64,000 nucleotides of DNA from an uncultured Candidatus Micrarchaeota archaeon (GTDB lineage: Archaea > Micrarchaeota > Micrarchaeia > Anstonellales > Bilamarchaeaceae): the NCBI GenBank assembly GCA_963714085.1, contig OY970229.1:1408001-1472000 (forward strand). Direction: 5' to 3'. Positions 15,001-24,287 of the stretch are shown piece by piece (within the stretch, counting starts at the first letter, position 1; each line of letters starts with the position of its first letter). The notes under the pieces were generated by a model. The model saw only the letters and a program-made list of their open reading frames with translations. It was not told the DNA's origin and searched no databases. A program made the position numbers and the translations under genes.

Positions 15001-16693
15001 CTCCCAGGTGGTTCCCCCGGTCCAGCCCCCGGTGAACAACCAGACGGTTTACGTGACGGAGCAGCCGTGCCAGTGCAGGCTCTTCGGCATGTGCTCGCCG
15101 ACCGGCTCTCCGCTGATAGCAGGCAGCTGCTGGTACAACTCCGTGATCGCCGCCATCGTGGCGATAATCATCCTGGGCTTCGCGTACCGCATGATCGGGC
15201 GCGGAAAGAAGAAAGTCCAAGAGCCCGTGGAACACGCGAAGCATAAGGGAGGGAAGCACGGGCACAAGGCGCCGATGGCCTTGCTGCTCCTTATGCTAGT
15301 GCCTCTCTTCCACGCCCAGAGCACCCAGACGGTCGGCCTCCCGCAGCCCCTGTTCTCCTCCTCGTACACGATCGGGACCAAGAACACGACCACCTATTAC
15401 TTCTACATAGTCAACCAGAACGACACCCCGACCACGGCGTTCCGGCTCTCCCTGTCCAGTGCCATGAACTGGTTCAATCCGAACAACCTCACCTACCCCC
15501 TTAACCCTGATTCAATCTCGGGGAATTCACCCTACTGGGATTTCCCCCCGCTTCCGCCCAACGAGACCGCCGAGATCTCCTTCTCGGTCCACGCCAACGT
15601 CGCGCTCCCGCAGAACATCATCGTGAACGCAAATCCCCTGAGCAACTGGTCCGGGGAATGCGCGAACCTCGTGCCGCTTCCGGGGCAGAACCGTAGCGAA
15701 CAGTACATATCATCCTACCTCGCCTCCATCAACCGGAGCTCTATTTTCAGGGTCTACTACGAGAGCGGCAACCTTTCGGGCACATTGTATTCGCTGACGC
15801 ACCTCGTAAACTACGACGCATTCGCCGTGTTCCAGCTCACGAACCAGTCCGGGAGCATAAACGTGAGCATGGTGCAGGACCCGAATGCCATAAACGATAT
15901 CGTGACGGCATACGCCGGCATAGCATCCCCGCAGCCGACCGCGGACGTCACAAGGCCGTATTCGGCCGTTCTCCTCGCGAAGTCCTCGAAGACCGCCGCG
16001 CAGAACGAGTGCTTCAACCTCACTGGCATGGACAAGTACACCTGCACGGACAACGTCTCCTGCCGCCTCGCGTGCTTCTCTGTGCAGGTCTGCTACGACA
16101 TGAGCCAGGGATGGGACTTCATAAACTCGATACTGGATTACCACCACAAGGTGGACGCGGCGAACGCGCAGCTGGACAGCGCGCAGGCCGCGGCATCGTC
16201 ATTCAGCGACTCGCCCTCCTACGATGGCGCCGAAGCCCTGCTGGCGCAATTCGATTCCCTGAACCGGGCCGAGACGCAGGTCATATTCCAGCCCCTGATG
16301 ACATCGTACGAATTCTGCCAGACGCCGGACTATTCCCTGATGCAGCAGATGGACGCCAGGAGGCAGATACTCGATTACCTGGACTCGACCTGCATCTACG
16401 GGAAGAAGGACAGCATGGTGGAGGAGAGCGTGGACATGGCCCAAGAATTCAGCCAGACTCCGGTTAGGAGCGCGCCCGCGCCGGTCGCTCCCACGGTCCA
16501 GAACGCGACCTCGGTGGTGAAGGTAAACACCGTCACGGTGCCTGCTGGCAACGAATGCAGCACGATATTCGGCGTGGGCTCTGTCGCAGGAGTCTGCCTG
16601 CAGTGGTGGCTCATCGGGATCGTGGTGGTCCTGGCGCTGGCCGTGATAGTCTTCTGGGACAGCATACCCGCGCTGTCCAAGCGCAGGAAATGA
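2..16693 (+). CDS. Giant modular cell-surface protein, 5' truncated by the window edge (>5,560 aa): right-handed beta-helix (NosD/PbH1-like) modules, 3 'SCPFLY' domains, NHL-repeat propeller, 3 LamG-like domains, Cys-rich region, membrane anchors
   Basis: The frame is open from base 2 ([31 protein letters not shown]), so the listed GTG at 80 is not the true start. NHL repeats F..P.(G/A)[11 protein letters not shown](A/T)D lie at ~1770-2740. LamG motifs (W.H.V.....LY.DG; FNG.ID(E/D)V) lie at ~5790-8250. Also many N.I..N beta-helix rungs, poly-Gly at ~14720-14775, and TM segments at ~15140-15190 and ~16600-16660. Confidence 0.9.
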   Translation, partial: YGTILDNDFQYNSQGVNLDYGSGNNLVEYNNFSENYQGFNAYYSNNNQILYNNISSTMQNNGVGTSCPFLYTWNGTGYDFVSDISRGGHIGSSSNPGKNIFPQDFTKIPGSMLQPQDGQYGVKVTEEYDEISYLDQLDLYTVDHSPEVDVYPGFLTSNFSTFYTVSKNPQPVASCKSDGGVNCLANISGANDYTSVPMNLTLNLGNLSNASSIKLILSLARAPRNFNGNKSLQVINGTKWVNLYKGSDFTSNGGMPRVVVIDLTGKFPTNNYTIKLMLPTALFNYVKVDTTPQETTIVNSYPAASADLHHRGYSTLIGNITMTSDYYNVSATSNYSNPSGNFTKYGDVLSLLNATDDEYVIMHHGDEIALTFNYTPVADGMQRDFMLYSNAFYKQANDSNGSTVTPLPFQAMTGYPYPANQSYPNDTAHQQYLYDCNTRYYQGGNVTTDSAGALPYSHDNLVQGNIINGSSSSTGLYVYGEQSSQFIDNNLSGVLYGFDEERSTNLLNENNSIQGAGLYAVYVRNNYESNTVSNIMDNATWGVYIDGDSGDQVTGNNMTHVVNGISVTDGADSEAILGNSISASGTTTEFSSPYGVAYGPDGYLYVTDTGNNVVERINTTTSETDVVAGQPMDNSYQEGVGSGAIFSYPAALAFGPDGYLYVADHCIIRKINVTTNQTFFVAGDNVGLDCGYQEGAGSAALFSWPQGLAFGPDGYLYVADSDNDVIRRIDVATNETSLVAGTPDTTGYVENDTDGSHAEFYSPTALAFGPDGYLYVTDMTNQLIRKVNITTTGTYYVAGSPGYCGYQDGINDSAQFCYPQGLAFGQDGFLYVADTDNGLIRKADVDTGQTYFVAGNGGSYQEGVGANASFDFPRGLSAGQGNTIYITDTNNNRVRSIDTTTNQTSLVAGNGYSDFIFDYERSALLLQDTGDNTIANNTFDSELSAVNLLDTGDNLFVNNTLSSPSTLLTVDPSSGSNTFYWNNFTDTSGLYVNDSGSDDYYDATTPAATDEGNIWANVVSGQVVITGTEHSAGFPQYLIGSGGSGYPYDDATSMGKTIGVTDNAPLVPSVPCINLTDPSTYTDNISGDMSSGFSVNGSVLLCPDNYSFSGVTALTAVADNVTMDCNGASIIGDGSSYTYGVRSDSVSNTTVENCNITDFTDDVYFRSVSGGSITNSEMSFAQPRGSWPNGLGIYLSASTGVNVSGNNVHDNNDFAIYLDSNSDGNEISYNNLSDNSQGIILWYSDSNMIGHNTIINSYTSYGSCPFLYLMNGSNYSYYTDLGGEPLGTKWFVPQKYTAGTYELGDFQPTDGVYQLKIREVIPESDYLDQAKLELVDVPQGYGVLNTWSYTYPFNQAPNESFMTIKDPIAPISATDNYNNSVLSQVSGKDGVPVPIYNKVQNPITLDFGNIASPQYAKLVITGWAAYDVNPALRPQNYLIVQTPNATGGWTTRRQFGSFIGDSRTIVFDISGILQSNDTRMRIIAPSSSSTIHLIDQVLLDDSPPVNFTVTTVNASSADLQYGGSADYVYATISHRHVNVTDAHNPAIPDDLMYGNFTAYGDVLPLLANADDEFVVMRHGDELQLQFNDTPRQIGMDRYAFLLADDMYTIKSSINGFVNDSISPMPFHGMSKYPYNGSGNFSDGAAHAAYESQWNTRSYAEPLPNSSAVSLPYSFNNTVFENTIIGGSSYSTGMSLDNEESTKVLDNNISGVETGITDYYSIGTLIRGNIIIANNSGTGVYLYYENNLNYTNSSISDNTISSDDIGIQLDWDSLNVMVSNNTINSSSTSVYVTDGSTADTILHNNITSGSWVEDDVGGNQYNDSTSGNIYYLANGTPSWEVYNITDINGDGWADTGSDLPFSSLLSGGQWTGYGADWHPWTGMASPIFFVIPTPANGATMGGTSIPANVSMNVTDMQSFTWNLDGTNSSLYDDSLVLMLNLDNVSALGESDSSVTNASLYGNNGSVNGGAVWTLDGKYNGAYSFNGVDSYLEIPDSSSLELSGADDFTISEWIKPAALNQTGDFFDKAVETYGVGQFQIWFTLTGDDRFLFNLGAEGNNWEWLYSNANYTTDWTHIVVVKSGSNVTDYINGVPDNSYTTGDTWASANTVPIDIGRFRRDGASYFNGSIDEVRVFRRALSPAEVTQLYDSSLKRYDANDWQFTANESNLAAGSHTIQAFAVNGTGNTFSTEERTITLLPPPPTQGVPILNSTFGTNTASENLTVYNQSTVGATKNIINWYANGTPIDMLNMPFEGGSNSAWTRDYSDYGNNGTVYGATWNATGGYDGNGAYQFDGVSGWIDATGSSGLDFTSPFTVSFWFKPADADSPDDTFIIDKRTSGDPWRTFDFQMYSNNVYFSIWSVPRAQTIISGSTNLSSDTWYHAVGVFNGTDISLYLDGNLENSSPTASTTIQPSDDDIRIGNLNSAPTDFFNGTIDDILVFNRALSPEEILALYDNRTDVMVSQELHVGDTWQACMTPNNGIQDGATSCSNNLTVLNALPTQGIPILNSTFGTNTTSENLTVYNQSTVGATTNIINWYMDGSSIAVLNMPFEGGSNSIWTEDYSGFDNNGTVSGATWNATGGHDGNGAYMFDGIDNMIDLGNPASLSIGGTDSLTIEAWIKKASSDATGFIVTKNNSGGGGGYTMAIGVLPCNATQVKVTKYNVIDICLSGVPSDTNWHHLVEMGNASGVFLFVDGVLTDSSTDNESWLTSSSNTVIGYGTDVGPQGFNGSIDDVRIYNRSLSSQEILALYDNRTDVMVSQELHVGDTWQACMTPNDGFQDGATECSNNVTILPTACVNLTDPSTFNGNILGDLADGFIVNGSVTLCRDVYPMPGDILAMNVTEPGVTVDCDGATLVGDNWSSNLGIYSDQFNTTITNCNLDNFSTGILLNFSADNSTIVGNNISSTNTEGLGMSMFSIPSAISSESSGDIIQGNNMNTSIASILFLGGVNNTVSYDNAEAEVPIALFGSEQNNFSYVNATGNNEFDFGAGIYLAESAYNDFSNITDNATDGLGVYLIGSENNTFLGDTIEAPVWVSDDTGNNTFNDSTSGNTYYEANGTPSWDVYNIVDTNGDGWADVGRDLPFSSSLSGGEWEGYGADWHPYTAVRCVDLTNSSTYQDMVSGDMADGFSINGSVTLCPGNYSVGGMNITTPDTTLDCEDSSVSSGSPGSGTGVSIQADGDSVIHCDISGFSYGIDSSGSTNVTISNDTISNSSTAAIHGFTGPDWMHVQDNTLYGNNVAIWFDAVHEGDVISGNEIDNSTIHGMELVYIDNATVSDNTIYNVSGGDDLCGCSGGSCPDSTCGEGIYANGVTNSVFSNNTITYTFASGIGFTNSQNNLISDGEIGFANRYYADNWSWMQVGGGIWYDPDSSNNTATGLYMHNDTGGAFDVQGDYNTIEGNNLNHNCGGVQQIYCNGASNLVISGNNITDGTGSGIFAIACADMNVTDNHIDRNAANGLNIYSGSENALVENNTFVNNTNWALYLGSSSDTFLHNTFQGSYWVDDYGTGDSYNDSTSGNIYYLADGTPSWDVYNITDINGDGWADVGSDLPFSSATQVGIDGYWGGSGQDWHPWAGISCVNLTDPSTYGSYVSGSMGSGFSVNGSITLCTDNYSFDNVNALTVTEPNVTIDCAGSSILSDSDSYTGAYSDQPNTTIANCAISGFSTGVDVESGGDYASIVNSSVNAIDDGILIENVTGASVANSTADSIDYSAIELYGTTDSTVSESQATSEDGVAILVHNYANQNVIANDTATYLGDGCEYQICGAIFIGSSTGNLVDNNTVLSIGGHGIRIGAGNDVSDNNNVTDNTINSTSGVGITLNSGASNCYISNNNVDADSVNACPYTECGAIFFAGGSNNVIEGNNLTSHYWYGARLSSSSGNTFTNNSISSDSRYVLYLKSGSNTNTFLANAIQGGKWVSDSGSGNSYNDSTSGNIYYLANGTGAWKIYNITDTDADGWADIGSDLPFSSATQVGTDGYWAGSGQDWHPWVGIPCVNLTDPSTYTDNISGDMADGFSINGSVRICKDSYPIPGVTALTITGDNVTVDCNGASIIGDGSSGTYGVYSNHLNTTVENCNLSDYSDAIYFDSVAGGAITNNELSFAQSGGSWPDDLGLYMYSSTGINISGNNLHDNSFFAIYLDQGSDNNEITYNNISSNDNLGMYLYYSDNNQIGYNTMLNSYVSYGSCPFLYLWNGSGYDYYTDLGGEPLGTAWFKPQKYTAGTYELGDFQPTDGVYNLKVREVIPESDYFDEAKLALVDVPAGYGVLNTWSYTYPFNQAPTENFMTIKDPVAPISATDSYGNNVLSEVSAKDGVPVPIYDKVQNPITLDFGSIDNPQYAKLVITGWAAYDVNSALKPQNYLLVQTPDGNGGWITRGSFGSFIGDSRTIVFNISGILQSNDTRIRIIAPSSSSTIHLIDQVLLDDSPPVNYTVTYVDPSNATLQWGGSTSYDYPTITHRDIDVTDDHNPSIPEDQMYGNFTKYGDVLPLLNAADDEFVVMRHGDELQLQFNATLQAPGTDRYAFLLADDMYTIKSSINGFVSDSIDPMPFHGMAQYPYNSSVAYSNETQRQAYAAEWNTRVYPEPALNSTAIALPYSFNNTIFDNTIVGGNPYATGIMLDSENSTNLLNNNISSVETGIYSDDSFGTQISGNMINASNDGTGIYLYYENGDNYTNSTVSNNTITSDDVGIYFDGDSINCNVSGNNLTTGGYGLELASGSTANTFLANSLTGDYWVDDGVGGNSYNDSTSGNIYYLADGTPSWDVYNITDINGDDWADIGSDLPFNSTTQVGIDGYWTGYGADAHPYVISAVIVGLIFPPQGYSTTSGSINFTFNVTGASETFNCSEFLDGVLNQDVPSVTNDTVALFTISGIAQGSHSWYVQCTDNASDVGTSVTEDFSVVAVSPPSSPSGGGGGGGGGGEGGGGGGGAVAPTGNVTLVHPITPENACKLDSDCNGSQACLGGFCRQLNGTCGFAANHTWNHYECCSDSMCPSGSECSNNSCVVSQVVPPVQPPVNNQTVYVTEQPCQCRLFGMCSPTGSPLIAGSCWYNSVIAAIVAIIILGFAYRMIGRGKKKVQEPVEHAKHKGGKHGHKAPMALLLLMLVPLFHAQSTQTVGLPQPLFSSSYTIGTKNTTTYYFYIVNQNDTPTTAFRLSLSSAMNWFNPNNLTYPLNPDSISGNSPYWDFPPLPPNETAEISFSVHANVALPQNIIVNANPLSNWSGECANLVPLPGQNRSEQYISSYLASINRSSIFRVYYESGNLSGTLYSLTHLVNYDAFAVFQLTNQSGSINVSMVQDPNAINDIVTAYAGIASPQPTADVTRPYSAVLLAKSSKTAAQNECFNLTGMDKYTCTDNVSCRLACFSVQVCYDMSQGWDFINSILDYHHKVDAANAQLDSAQAAASSFSDSPSYDGAEALLAQFDSLNRAETQVIFQPLMTSYEFCQTPDYSLMQQMDARRQILDYLDSTCIYGKKDSMVEESVDMAQEFSQTPVRSAPAPVAPTVQNATSVVKVNTVTVPAGNECSTIFGVGSVAGVCLQWWLIGIVVVLALAVIVFWDSIPALSKRRK
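7338..8323 (+). repeat. Exact 95-bp direct repeat (7338-7432 and 8229-8323) at the ends of tandem LamG modules
   Basis: aggaaatcctcgccctgtacgataaccgcacggacgtcatgg...gcctgcatgacgcccaac is identical in both copies. Confidence 0.9.
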
Positions 16694-16713
16694 TCTGTTT
16701 CCAGGTCGATCCC

Positions 16714-17109
16714 ATGGCCGTGAAGAAAACGGAAGAGGAATGGAAGCGCAGGCTCAGCCCGGAGCAGTACAGCGTGCTCAGGGGCAAGGGCACTGAGATA
16801 CCGTTCACGGGCAAGCTCCTCTTCAACAAGGAGAAGGGAGTCTACGCATGCGCGGCATGCGGCGCGGAGCTCTTCTCGTCCGAGACCAAGTACGATTCGG
16901 ACTGCGGATGGCCCAGCTTCTACGAAGCGCTCAAGGACAAGGTCGAGCTGCACGAGGACAGGAGCCTCGGCATGACGCGCATAGAGGTCACCTGCAGGAA
17001 CTGCGGCGGCCATCTCGGGCACGTGTTCGACGACGGTCCGAAGCCGACAGGGAAGCGCTTCTGCATAAACTCGGTCTCATTGGATTTCAAGAAGGAAAAA
17101 AAGAGATAA
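16714..17109 (+). CDS. msrB: Peptide-methionine (R)-S-oxide reductase MsrB
   Basis: [53 protein letters not shown]. Start placed at ATG 16714 (MAVKK). Confidence 0.95.
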   Translation: MAVKKTEEEWKRRLSPEQYSVLRGKGTEIPFTGKLLFNKEKGVYACAACGAELFSSETKYDSDCGWPSFYEALKDKVELHEDRSLGMTRIEVTCRNCGGHLGHVFDDGPKPTGKRFCINSVSLDFKKEKKR

Positions 17110-17112
17110 GCC

Positions 17113-18954
17113 CTATTTCAGGAACATGACGTCGTCCCAGGGGTGCCTGTAGAGCTCGCTTTTGAGCCTCTTCTGGTCGTATATGTGGCCCATGAGCCCT
17201 ATGGAGCGCGCTAGCACGAACAGCCCGTTCAGGTAGCCGATCTCCACCATGCTCTCCAGCTCTTCCTTGGAGAAGCAGCCGCAGCTCGAGAACATGTCCG
17301 TGAACGTCACTCCTATGCAGCCGTCCACGTTCAGGATGAGGTTGTTCGCCTTCTCGAGCGTCACGCTCTCCACCGCGAGCGCGTAGTCCAGGTATCTCGT
17401 CTCGGGGAAGTGCTTCTTGGCGTAGGCCTTCAGGAACTCCACCCTCTTGTCCGGGTTGTCCCTCGACTTTATCCTGTGCCCGATGCCGGGGATGCGTATG
17501 GCCTTGCGCTTCATGTCGTCCACGAAACCCTCGGGCGTCATCCCCGCGTCGCACCCGGCCTTGAAATATCGTGCAGCGTCGTCTATCGCGCCCCCGAACC
17601 TCGGCCCTATTGTCAGGAGCCCGGATGCCAGCGACGAAACGACGTCCTTGCCCGCTCTAGAAGCGACAATCGCGTTGTGCGCGCCCGAGACGCATGGCCC
17701 GTGGTCGGCCGCGACTATGAGGCAGAGCTCGATGTATTTAGACGCGTATTTCGGCAATTTCCTCTTGAACCAGAGCAGCGATATGACATCCCCTATCGAG
17801 TAGTCCTTCTCTATTATCTCGGTGAGCGGCACCCCGCCATAGAGCACGTCCTCGCCCCGGTCGTCCGAGACCGAGCACATGAAGTTCGCGCTCCTGCGCA
17901 CCGTGCCCGCCTTGAGCGCGGCCGCGTAATCCTGCGGGACTATCGGAAGCTCGGGCTCCTTTATCTCCTTCACTTTCCCGGCGGACTTGAGCTTTCCGAA
18001 CTCCTCCTTGATCGCAGCCCCGAGCCCTTCGAACGACCCCGGGACTATCACGCCCGCGTCCTTCATGGCCTTGTTCTTGGCGTCCGCGGTCTCCTTATCC
18101 TTGCCGGATTTCGCGCCCGCATGGCCGAACTGCACCTCGGTCGGGAAGACTTTCGAGCAGGTGCCTATGCACCACCCAATGAGCGGCTTGGTTATTTTCC
18201 CGGATCTCTTCGCCTCGGCTATCGCGTACTCGCTCTGCCCGCCCAACTCCCCCAGCACCACCATCATCTTTATGTCCGGGTTGGCCTCGAACCTGAGCAG
18301 GTGGTCGAGCAGCTCGGAGCCAGGGTACGCGTCGCCGCCTATGGCGATGCCCTCGTTCACCCCGTCGCTGTTCTGGGCTATGACATTGTACATCTCGTTG
18401 GACATCCCGCCGGACTTGGAGACCAGGCCCACGCTCCCGGGCCGATAAAGCCTGCAGTTGGTGATGTTCTCTATTGTTCCCGCGGTGTTCCCTATCCTGA
18501 AGCACCCTGATTTTATCCCGCCTACGGTGGCGGGCCCGATTATCCACTTGTTGTTCTTCTTCGCTAACGCTATCAGCTCGCGCGCCTCGCGCTCGGGCAT
18601 GCCTTCGGCGATTATCGCCACCGTGCGTATGGTCTTGCTCTCCAGCGCCTCTTTCGAGGAGGCGTATGCCGAGCGGAACGAGGCGAAGTTCACCATCACG
18701 TCCGCGTCCGGGACCGCCTTCGAGGCGTCCGCCACTGTGGAGAACACTGGTATGAGTATCTCGTTCTTGCCGAAGAACGCCTTCTGCCAGCCGGAGCTCC
18801 CGGGATTTATCACACCTGCCACGCTGGGCGTCTCCCTCCTGCAGAGGAAGTCGAAATCCAGCATCCTCTGTATCGGCCCTGCCTTGAGGTTGTACACGAA
18901 CGCCTTGGTCTTGTCCGTGAATAATTCGTAGCCGTCGTTCTTGGTTCTTGCCAT
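17113..18954 (-). CDS. aclA: ATP citrate lyase, CoA-binding/citryl-CoA lyase subunit (alpha)
   Basis: IIGPATVGGIK, SKSGGMSNE, phospho-His motif QFGHAGA, and a citrate-synthase-like C-terminus (ADHGP, GIGHRIKS, LNVDG). SD GGGTGG before ATG 18954. Confidence 0.93.
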   Translation of the reverse strand: MARTKNDGYELFTDKTKAFVYNLKAGPIQRMLDFDFLCRRETPSVAGVINPGSSGWQKAFFGKNEILIPVFSTVADASKAVPDADVMVNFASFRSAYASSKEALESKTIRTVAIIAEGMPEREARELIALAKKNNKWIIGPATVGGIKSGCFRIGNTAGTIENITNCRLYRPGSVGLVSKSGGMSNEMYNVIAQNSDGVNEGIAIGGDAYPGSELLDHLLRFEANPDIKMMVVLGELGGQSEYAIAEAKRSGKITKPLIGWCIGTCSKVFPTEVQFGHAGAKSGKDKETADAKNKAMKDAGVIVPGSFEGLGAAIKEEFGKLKSAGKVKEIKEPELPIVPQDYAAALKAGTVRRSANFMCSVSDDRGEDVLYGGVPLTEIIEKDYSIGDVISLLWFKRKLPKYASKYIELCLIVAADHGPCVSGAHNAIVASRAGKDVVSSLASGLLTIGPRFGGAIDDAARYFKAGCDAGMTPEGFVDDMKRKAIRIPGIGHRIKSRDNPDKRVEFLKAYAKKHFPETRYLDYALAVESVTLEKANNLILNVDGCIGVTFTDMFSSCGCFSKEELESMVEIGYLNGLFVLARSIGLMGHIYDQKRLKSELYRHPWDDVMFLK

Positions 18955-18966
18955 GCTTCCCACCCT

Positions 18967-20220
18967 TTATCTGCCGAGCCTCTTTATCGCGAGCGGCACG
19001 ACGTAGGTCATGCTCGTCTCCGGCCCGTAGACCTCTATCGGTATCTCCAGCTCCTTGCCGAGCTCCCGCATGAGCTTCAAGCCGGTCTGGTAATTGGGAC
19101 CGCCCCTCCTCACGAAGATGCTCATCTTCGCCTTCTTCAGCTTGTCCTTGTACTCGCGCAATGCGCGCACGATTCCCTTGAACGTGTTCGCCACGTCCGT
19201 GAAGTTCGCGATCCCCCCTCCTATGATGAGCACCTTGCCCTTGGGATCGCTCTTCCTGGTCGCGAGGTCCAGTATGGTCTTCGCGTAATTATACGTCTCC
19301 TCCTCGTTCGGGTCGCCGCTGTACTCCCCGTAGTTGGCGAGCTCCTTCATGTATCCCAGGTCCACGACCGTATCCGCGTAGATCACCGATGCCCCCCCGC
19401 CGGCGACCATGGTCCATATCCTGCCCTCGGGGTTCAGGATGGTGAGCTTCAATGACGCGCCGGTCTTCTCGTCCAGCCCCTTGACGAATTTCTCCTCGGG
19501 ATACGGCTTCCTGCCGAAGGGCTCAGGGAACTCCATGTCGCCCCATTTCGCGCTGTCCTTGAAATCCGCGCAGTCGTCCAGCTCCATGCGCAGGTCGAGC
19601 GGCACCGGATTCCCGTCCGCGTCGAATGTGAACGGGTTCATCTCCAATAGCGAGAGGTCCAGGTCCACGAAGACCTTGTGGGCCTTTGCGAAGAACTCCG
19701 CTGCCTTGGCCTTCCTCTCCGCGGGTATCCTGCCGTCAAGCGCCTTCTCTATGGCTCTCTTGTCCGCGGCTTCCCCTACCGGGACGGGTACCTTCACCAT
19801 CTTGTCCCAGTTCGCCTCCACGTCCATGCCGCCTGCCGTCGAGAAGAGCAGCGTGTCCTCGTAGCGCCCTGGCGAGATGGAGAAATAGTACTCCTCCTTG
19901 TGCGCCACGAACGGCTCTATTATGAAATGCGTGAGCGCGCCCTTCACTCCGGAGACCTCCACCTCGCGCTCCATGTTCTTCTTTATGAACTCCTTGGCCT
20001 TGGCGAAATCCGCGTCCAGGAGCACCAGGTTGCTCTTGCCCCTCTTCCCGAAGAGCATGTCCGGCTTCACGACCAGCTTCTTCTGCAGCAGCCAGGGGTT
20101 CTCCTTGGCCAGCGCGTCCAGGTCAGTGCCCGGCTTCGCCTGGCAGCATGCTATCGGCAGCCCCATCTGCTTCGCAAGAAGCCGCTTCCCGTCGTGTTCG
20201 CGCACTTTCCTCCTCGCCAT
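18967..20220 (-). CDS. aclB: ATP citrate lyase, ATP-grasp/citrate-binding subunit (beta)
   Basis: LVVKPDMLFGKRGK, SLKLTILNP.GRIWTMVAGGGASVIYADT, NYGEYSG.P, GGGIANFT, RRGGPNY. Confidence 0.93.
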   Translation of the reverse strand: MARRKVREHDGKRLLAKQMGLPIACCQAKPGTDLDALAKENPWLLQKKLVVKPDMLFGKRGKSNLVLLDADFAKAKEFIKKNMEREVEVSGVKGALTHFIIEPFVAHKEEYYFSISPGRYEDTLLFSTAGGMDVEANWDKMVKVPVPVGEAADKRAIEKALDGRIPAERKAKAAEFFAKAHKVFVDLDLSLLEMNPFTFDADGNPVPLDLRMELDDCADFKDSAKWGDMEFPEPFGRKPYPEEKFVKGLDEKTGASLKLTILNPEGRIWTMVAGGGASVIYADTVVDLGYMKELANYGEYSGDPNEEETYNYAKTILDLATRKSDPKGKVLIIGGGIANFTDVANTFKGIVRALREYKDKLKKAKMSIFVRRGGPNYQTGLKLMRELGKELEIPIEVYGPETSMTYVVPLAIKRLGR

Positions 20221-20230
20221 CGCAACGCCC

Positions 20231-21454
20231 TCACATATTGCTTATTATCGCATCCCCGAACTCCGAGCATTTGAGGAGCTTCGCGCCCTCTATCTGCCTC
20301 TCGAGGTCGTAGGTCACGCGCTTCTGCTGTATCGTCTTCTCAACCCCATGGTCCACGAGCTTGGCCGCCTCGGCCCATCCCATGTACTCCAGCATCATCA
20401 TGGCGGAGAGTATTATGGAGCCCGGGTTGACCTTGTCCTGGCCCGCGTGCTTGGGCGCTGTGCCGTGGGTCGCCTCGAAGAGCGCGTGCCCGGTCACGTA
20501 ATTGATGTTCGCGCCAGGCGCTATGCCGAGCCCGCCGACCTGCGCAGCGCACGCATCAGAAATATAGTCCCCATTCAAATTCGGCGTCGCTATCACGCTG
20601 TACTCGTCAGGCCTGAGAAGCACCTGCTGGAACATGGAGTCCGCGATGCGGTCGTTTAAGAGGATTTTGCCCTCCGGCATCTTGCCGTCGTATTTCTCCG
20701 TGACCTCCTTCTCGGTGACCACTTTGTCAGCGAACTTCTCCTTCGCTATCTGGTAGCCCCATTCCTGGAACGCGCCTTCGGTGAACTTCATGATGTTGCC
20801 CTTGTGCATCATGGTCACGCTCTTCCTGCCGTGGTCGATCGCGTATTGTATCGCGGCTGCAACGAGCCTCTGGGAGCCGGTCTTTGACATCGGCTTTATC
20901 CCTATTCCCGAATCCAGCCTCACTTTCTTGCCCATCTCCTTGTCCAGGAAGGCGATGACCTTCTGCGCCTCCGGCGTCCCTTCCTTCCACTCTATGCCTG
21001 CATAGACGTCCTCTGTGTTCTCCCTGAACACCACGACGTCGAGCTTCTCCGGCTCCTTCACCGGGCATGGCGTTCCCTTGTACCATCTGGTCGGCCTGAC
21101 GCAGCAGTATAAGTCCAGCACCTGGCGCATGGTGACGTTGAGCGACCTGTGCCCTCCGCCTATCGGCGTGGTGAGCGGGCCCTTGATCGCGACGAGGTCC
21201 TCGCGTATCGTGGCGACGGTCGCGTCAGGCAGATAAGTGCCGGTTGCCTTGAAGCAATCCTCGCCGGCCTCCAGCTTCTGCCAGTGGATTTTTTTCTTCC
21301 CATGGTAAGCCTTCTGCACCGCCGCGTCCACGACTTTCATCATGACCGGCGTGATGTCGACGCCTACACCGTCGCCCTGGATATACGGTATCACCGGCTC
21401 GTCCGGGACATGCAGCTTCCCGTTCTTCATGGTTATTTTGCTTCCATTAGCCAT
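20231..21454 (-). CDS. icd: Isocitrate dehydrogenase (NADP-type, E. coli Icd family)
   Basis: [80 protein letters not shown] upstream of ATG 21454. Confidence 0.95.
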   Translation of the reverse strand: MANGSKITMKNGKLHVPDEPVIPYIQGDGVGVDITPVMMKVVDAAVQKAYHGKKKIHWQKLEAGEDCFKATGTYLPDATVATIREDLVAIKGPLTTPIGGGHRSLNVTMRQVLDLYCCVRPTRWYKGTPCPVKEPEKLDVVVFRENTEDVYAGIEWKEGTPEAQKVIAFLDKEMGKKVRLDSGIGIKPMSKTGSQRLVAAAIQYAIDHGRKSVTMMHKGNIMKFTEGAFQEWGYQIAKEKFADKVVTEKEVTEKYDGKMPEGKILLNDRIADSMFQQVLLRPDEYSVIATPNLNGDYISDACAAQVGGLGIAPGANINYVTGHALFEATHGTAPKHAGQDKVNPGSIILSAMMMLEYMGWAEAAKLVDHGVEKTIQQKRVTYDLERQIEGAKLLKCSEFGDAIISNM

Positions 21455-21611
21455 GCATCCCACCTCGTTTTAACGTATGATAGAATCGGGATACGTTCGG
21501 CGAAAGTCTTTATAAATAATCGCCTGGGCGGAAGAAGAATTCGGCGATGGACGATATCCACTACGCCGCCAGTGCTGTTTTTAATCATCATCGGCGATGA
21601 ATGCACGGATG

Positions 21612-21673
21612 ATCCAAGGCCCCGATGAGCGGACTATCATTACCCAAGCTAGCGAGGGGCTGCGGGGACTGGT
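21612..21673. repeat. 62-bp exact direct repeat, copy 1
   Basis: atccaaggccccgatgagcggactatcattacccaagctagcgaggggctgcggggactggt, identical to 23421-23482. Confidence 0.95.
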
Positions 21674-21680
21674 CTGCTTG

Positions 21681-21734
21681 AAAATCGTTTCCTTAGAAAA
21701 CGATATATTTATAAAATCGTTCTGTTAGAAAACG
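21681..21734 (+). promoter_or_regulatory. TATA box flanked by two 22-bp imperfect palindromic operator-like repeats upstream of the AAA ATPase gene
   Basis: AAAATCGTTTCCTTAGAAAACG (21681-21702) and AAAATCGTTCTGTTAGAAAACG (21713-21734) bracket TTTATAAA (21708-21715). The ATG follows at 21738. Confidence 0.65.
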
Positions 21735-21737
21735 TTT

Positions 21738-23003
21738 ATGGAAAGCATAGACGATGTGCTTAAGGAATGGGGAAGTGTTGCAACCAGCAAACCACTCAAA
21801 AACAGGGCGTTCGATGTAAACAGGGCGATAGCCGAGTCCAACCGCCGGGTGGTATCCGTCACCGGCGTAAGAAGGGCCGGAAAAAGCTCGGTTTTGATGC
21901 TCATCTACAGGAAATTGAAGTCTCTCGGGAAAAAGGCCGCGTATGTCAATCTGGAAGATAACCGCCTGCAATTCCCCCAGGTGCTCGACACGGTACTCAA
22001 ACAAACACAGGATGCGGAATGGCTGCTATTGGACGAGGTGACTGCAGCGAAAGAATGGGACAGCTGGATCCATAGGATAAATGAAATGAAAAGCGTGCAC
22101 CTCATAACAACGTCTTCCCTCAACAAACTATCCAGGTTCCCGCCAAAAGCATTGCGGGGAAGGATATCATATTTCGAGCTGTTCCCTCTCTCTTTTGCCG
22201 AGTTCCTCGCATTCAAGGCCATAAATCCGCCGGAGACGACCAGGGAAATCGGGATTGTGGAACGCGCCCTGGACGAGTTCCTGGTCTATGGGGGTTTTCC
22301 GGAGGTGGTCCTGTCGGAAAACAAGGTCGGCATCATCCAGGAGTACATGAACTCCATAGTCTCGCTGGACGTGGCTGCGCTTTCAACCGCCCCGCTGAAG
22401 GTGGTCTCGGATTTCTCAGCGCAGCTCATCGGCACAACATTCTTTTCGGCAACCAAATCGGAGAATGTGATGAAGAACATCGGGCATAAGATCGGGAAGG
22501 GCACGCTGTTGGAACTGGAACAGCTCTTCGAAATCGCTTATCTGGCGTTTTTCGTCCCGGTTTTCTCGACAAAGATAAAGGACGAGGCGCTTTATCCGCG
22601 AAAGGTCTACCTAGGCGATACGGGATTTTTCTATGCAGCGACAGGGAAAAAGAATTTCGGGAGGATGTACGAAAACGCGGTCTTCCTGCAGCTCAAGAGG
22701 AAGCTCAGTCCGCTGGAGCGGATTTCCTATTACAGGTCAGCCGGCAACCGTGAAGTGGATTTTGTGATCCGGCAGGGGACCGAGGTCAAGAGGCTGATAC
22801 AAGTCGTGTACGACCTGGAAGACGAAGGGACGAAAAACCGGGAACTGCAAGCCCTGGCAGAGGCTGCGAAGGAATTCGGTCTGGATGGGAAAAAGAAGGA
22901 ACTGCTCGTGATCACGAAAGATGTCGAAGCCCAGGAAGAGATTGATGGCGTGAGGGTCTTCTATAAGAGGCTTTGGAGATGGCTGATAGAGGAAGGCAGA
23001 TGA
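21738..23003 (+). CDS. AAA_14-type ATPase with C-terminal DUF4143 (PD-(D/E)xK-like) domain
   Basis: Walker A GVRRAGKS, Walker B LLLDEV, LRGR..FELFPLSF.EF, YGGFPE, KVYLGDTG, YEN.V, EVDF.I....IQV. Confidence 0.88.
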   Translation: MESIDDVLKEWGSVATSKPLKNRAFDVNRAIAESNRRVVSVTGVRRAGKSSVLMLIYRKLKSLGKKAAYVNLEDNRLQFPQVLDTVLKQTQDAEWLLLDEVTAAKEWDSWIHRINEMKSVHLITTSSLNKLSRFPPKALRGRISYFELFPLSFAEFLAFKAINPPETTREIGIVERALDEFLVYGGFPEVVLSENKVGIIQEYMNSIVSLDVAALSTAPLKVVSDFSAQLIGTTFFSATKSENVMKNIGHKIGKGTLLELEQLFEIAYLAFFVPVFSTKIKDEALYPRKVYLGDTGFFYAATGKKNFGRMYENAVFLQLKRKLSPLERISYYRSAGNREVDFVIRQGTEVKRLIQVVYDLEDEGTKNRELQALAEAAKEFGLDGKKKELLVITKDVEAQEEIDGVRVFYKRLWRWLIEEGR

Positions 23004-23012
23004 GGCGATGGT

Positions 23013-23372
23013 ATGGGTGTTGATCTTTATGTGGTGGTTCCGAAATTGAGGACAAGAATCTACGTCGGAAGGCACGTCTCAGAAGAAAATTCTGAAGAGT
23101 GCATGGAAAAATTGAATAAAATCATCGACAACAATACGGATGGAAGATACGAAGCGGATGTCGCTTCTGTGAATTATAAAGACATCAAGGCAAGGGACAT
23201 GGCGCGGCTCATTACATTCTATGAAGATGCGGTCTACCTTCTTGATGACCGGCTTATAGACAATATCCTGGTGCATGAATTGCTTCGGGTATTCCCGGAT
23301 TCAAAACTCGTTGCAGACTGTTCAGAAGAACATATCAAATATCGCGGTTATGCAGAGTACCCAAAAGGATAG
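23013..23372 (+). CDS. Hypothetical protein (119 aa)
   Basis: ORF directly downstream of the ATPase gene, lower GC, inside the 62-bp repeat pair. Confidence 0.65.
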   Translation: MGVDLYVVVPKLRTRIYVGRHVSEENSEECMEKLNKIIDNNTDGRYEADVASVNYKDIKARDMARLITFYEDAVYLLDDRLIDNILVHELLRVFPDSKLVADCSEEHIKYRGYAEYPKG

Positions 23373-23420
23373 TGTACAATCAGGTGCGGGTGGGAACGAT
23401 GCAGCCTCACGTTTTCTACA

Positions 23421-23482
23421 ATCCAAGGCCCCGATGAGCGGACTATCATTACCCAAGCTAGCGAGGGGCTGCGGGGACTGGT
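23421..23482. repeat. 62-bp exact direct repeat, copy 2
   Basis: Identical to 21612-21673. Confidence 0.95.
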
Positions 23483-23518
23483 TGTTGTTTACTCTTTGCT
23501 TACTGGAAAACAATCTTC

Positions 23519-24283
23519 CTAATTTAAGTTCGATGCTTTTTTCCAACGTTCCTCAAATTTTTTCTTGAGAACTGGTAAATGAGTCCCGATAACCTTTTTC
23601 GGTACAAACAAGACGAAAGATTCTTTTCTAGCTAAATCTTTTATGCCCCCACCAACTATAATAAGTCCGTTATTTGCAATTATATACCTATCATGCAACT
23701 CGTATCTCTTTCCGTATTGCCTAAATTCTACGTTCGTAAACTCGGTCTTAAATGCCTGAAGTTCCTTTTTGAAAATGCCCTCTTTTGATTTGTCTTCATC
23801 CCCCATCTGAGCAGTCAGAAAGCGTATCTTTCTACCTTTTCCGAAGTTATGCAATGCAGAAAGCGTTCCAAATCCATAATAAGGATCCACAATGCACAAA
23901 TCGCCACTCAGTCTTTCAAGTAGTCTTGGGAATTTTTTATTTGCGTCAGTCCAAGCATTTTCTCCATTAAAGAAAATAACCTCTTTTTCGTCTAAATCTA
24001 TATCTGTTGAACTCAACCAACCTGGTAACCAAAATTTCATTCTTCTTTCCTTTGAATTCTTTACCTTTATTACCCCTGCTCTCAGGAGCGGCTGCATTAA
24101 CGCAGTTAGATTTCTTACCTCTATCTTTTTCCCTGGACCTTCGTTTAATAAGCTAGCAAAATCGCTAGAATTAAGTATGCTATTAAACTCCCCATCAACG
24201 ACTTTCTTACAAACTCTCGAGGTAAATGTCCCTTCATTGGTTATCAATCGGGATGCAATAGCGACAACCTGGTCTTTATCCAT
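23519..24283 (-). CDS. Winged-helix-like N-terminus fused to a PLD-like (MIT_C-type) putative nuclease domain, 254 aa
   Basis: CIVDPYY, IRFLT and LHDRYIIANNGLIIVGGGIKDL match the DPY/HDR pattern of MIT_C-like PLD folds. The N-terminal LTALMQPLLRAGVI resembles the two upstream small proteins. Start ATG 24283. Confidence 0.65.
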   Translation of the reverse strand: MDKDQVVAIASRLITNEGTFTSRVCKKVVDGEFNSILNSSDFASLLNEGPGKKIEVRNLTALMQPLLRAGVIKVKNSKERRMKFWLPGWLSSTDIDLDEKEVIFFNGENAWTDANKKFPRLLERLSGDLCIVDPYYGFGTLSALHNFGKGRKIRFLTAQMGDEDKSKEGIFKKELQAFKTEFTNVEFRQYGKRYELHDRYIIANNGLIIVGGGIKDLARKESFVLFVPKKVIGTHLPVLKKKFEERWKKASNLN

Positions 24284-24287
24284 AGAG

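Noticed and set aside
197..16500. Many overlapping ORFs (up to 576 aa) antisense or out of frame within the giant gene, and similar shadow ORFs over acl, glnA, DUF2070 and the PQQ-repeat gene
   Set aside because: Expected shadow ORFs of GC3-rich coding sequence; Arg/Val/Gly-rich translations with no motifs.
21541..21615. Fluoride riboswitch-like GGCGATGG...GATGA
   Set aside because: Spacing and pseudoknot pairing do not fit, and no crcB-type gene follows.
21612..23482. 62-bp repeat as a CRISPR repeat, tRNA fragment, integron attC or hammerhead ribozyme
   Set aside because: Only two copies 1.8 kb apart; no cloverleaf or T-loop; no RYYYAAC/GTTRRRY ends; CCGATGAG lacks the CUGAUGA plus GAAA core.
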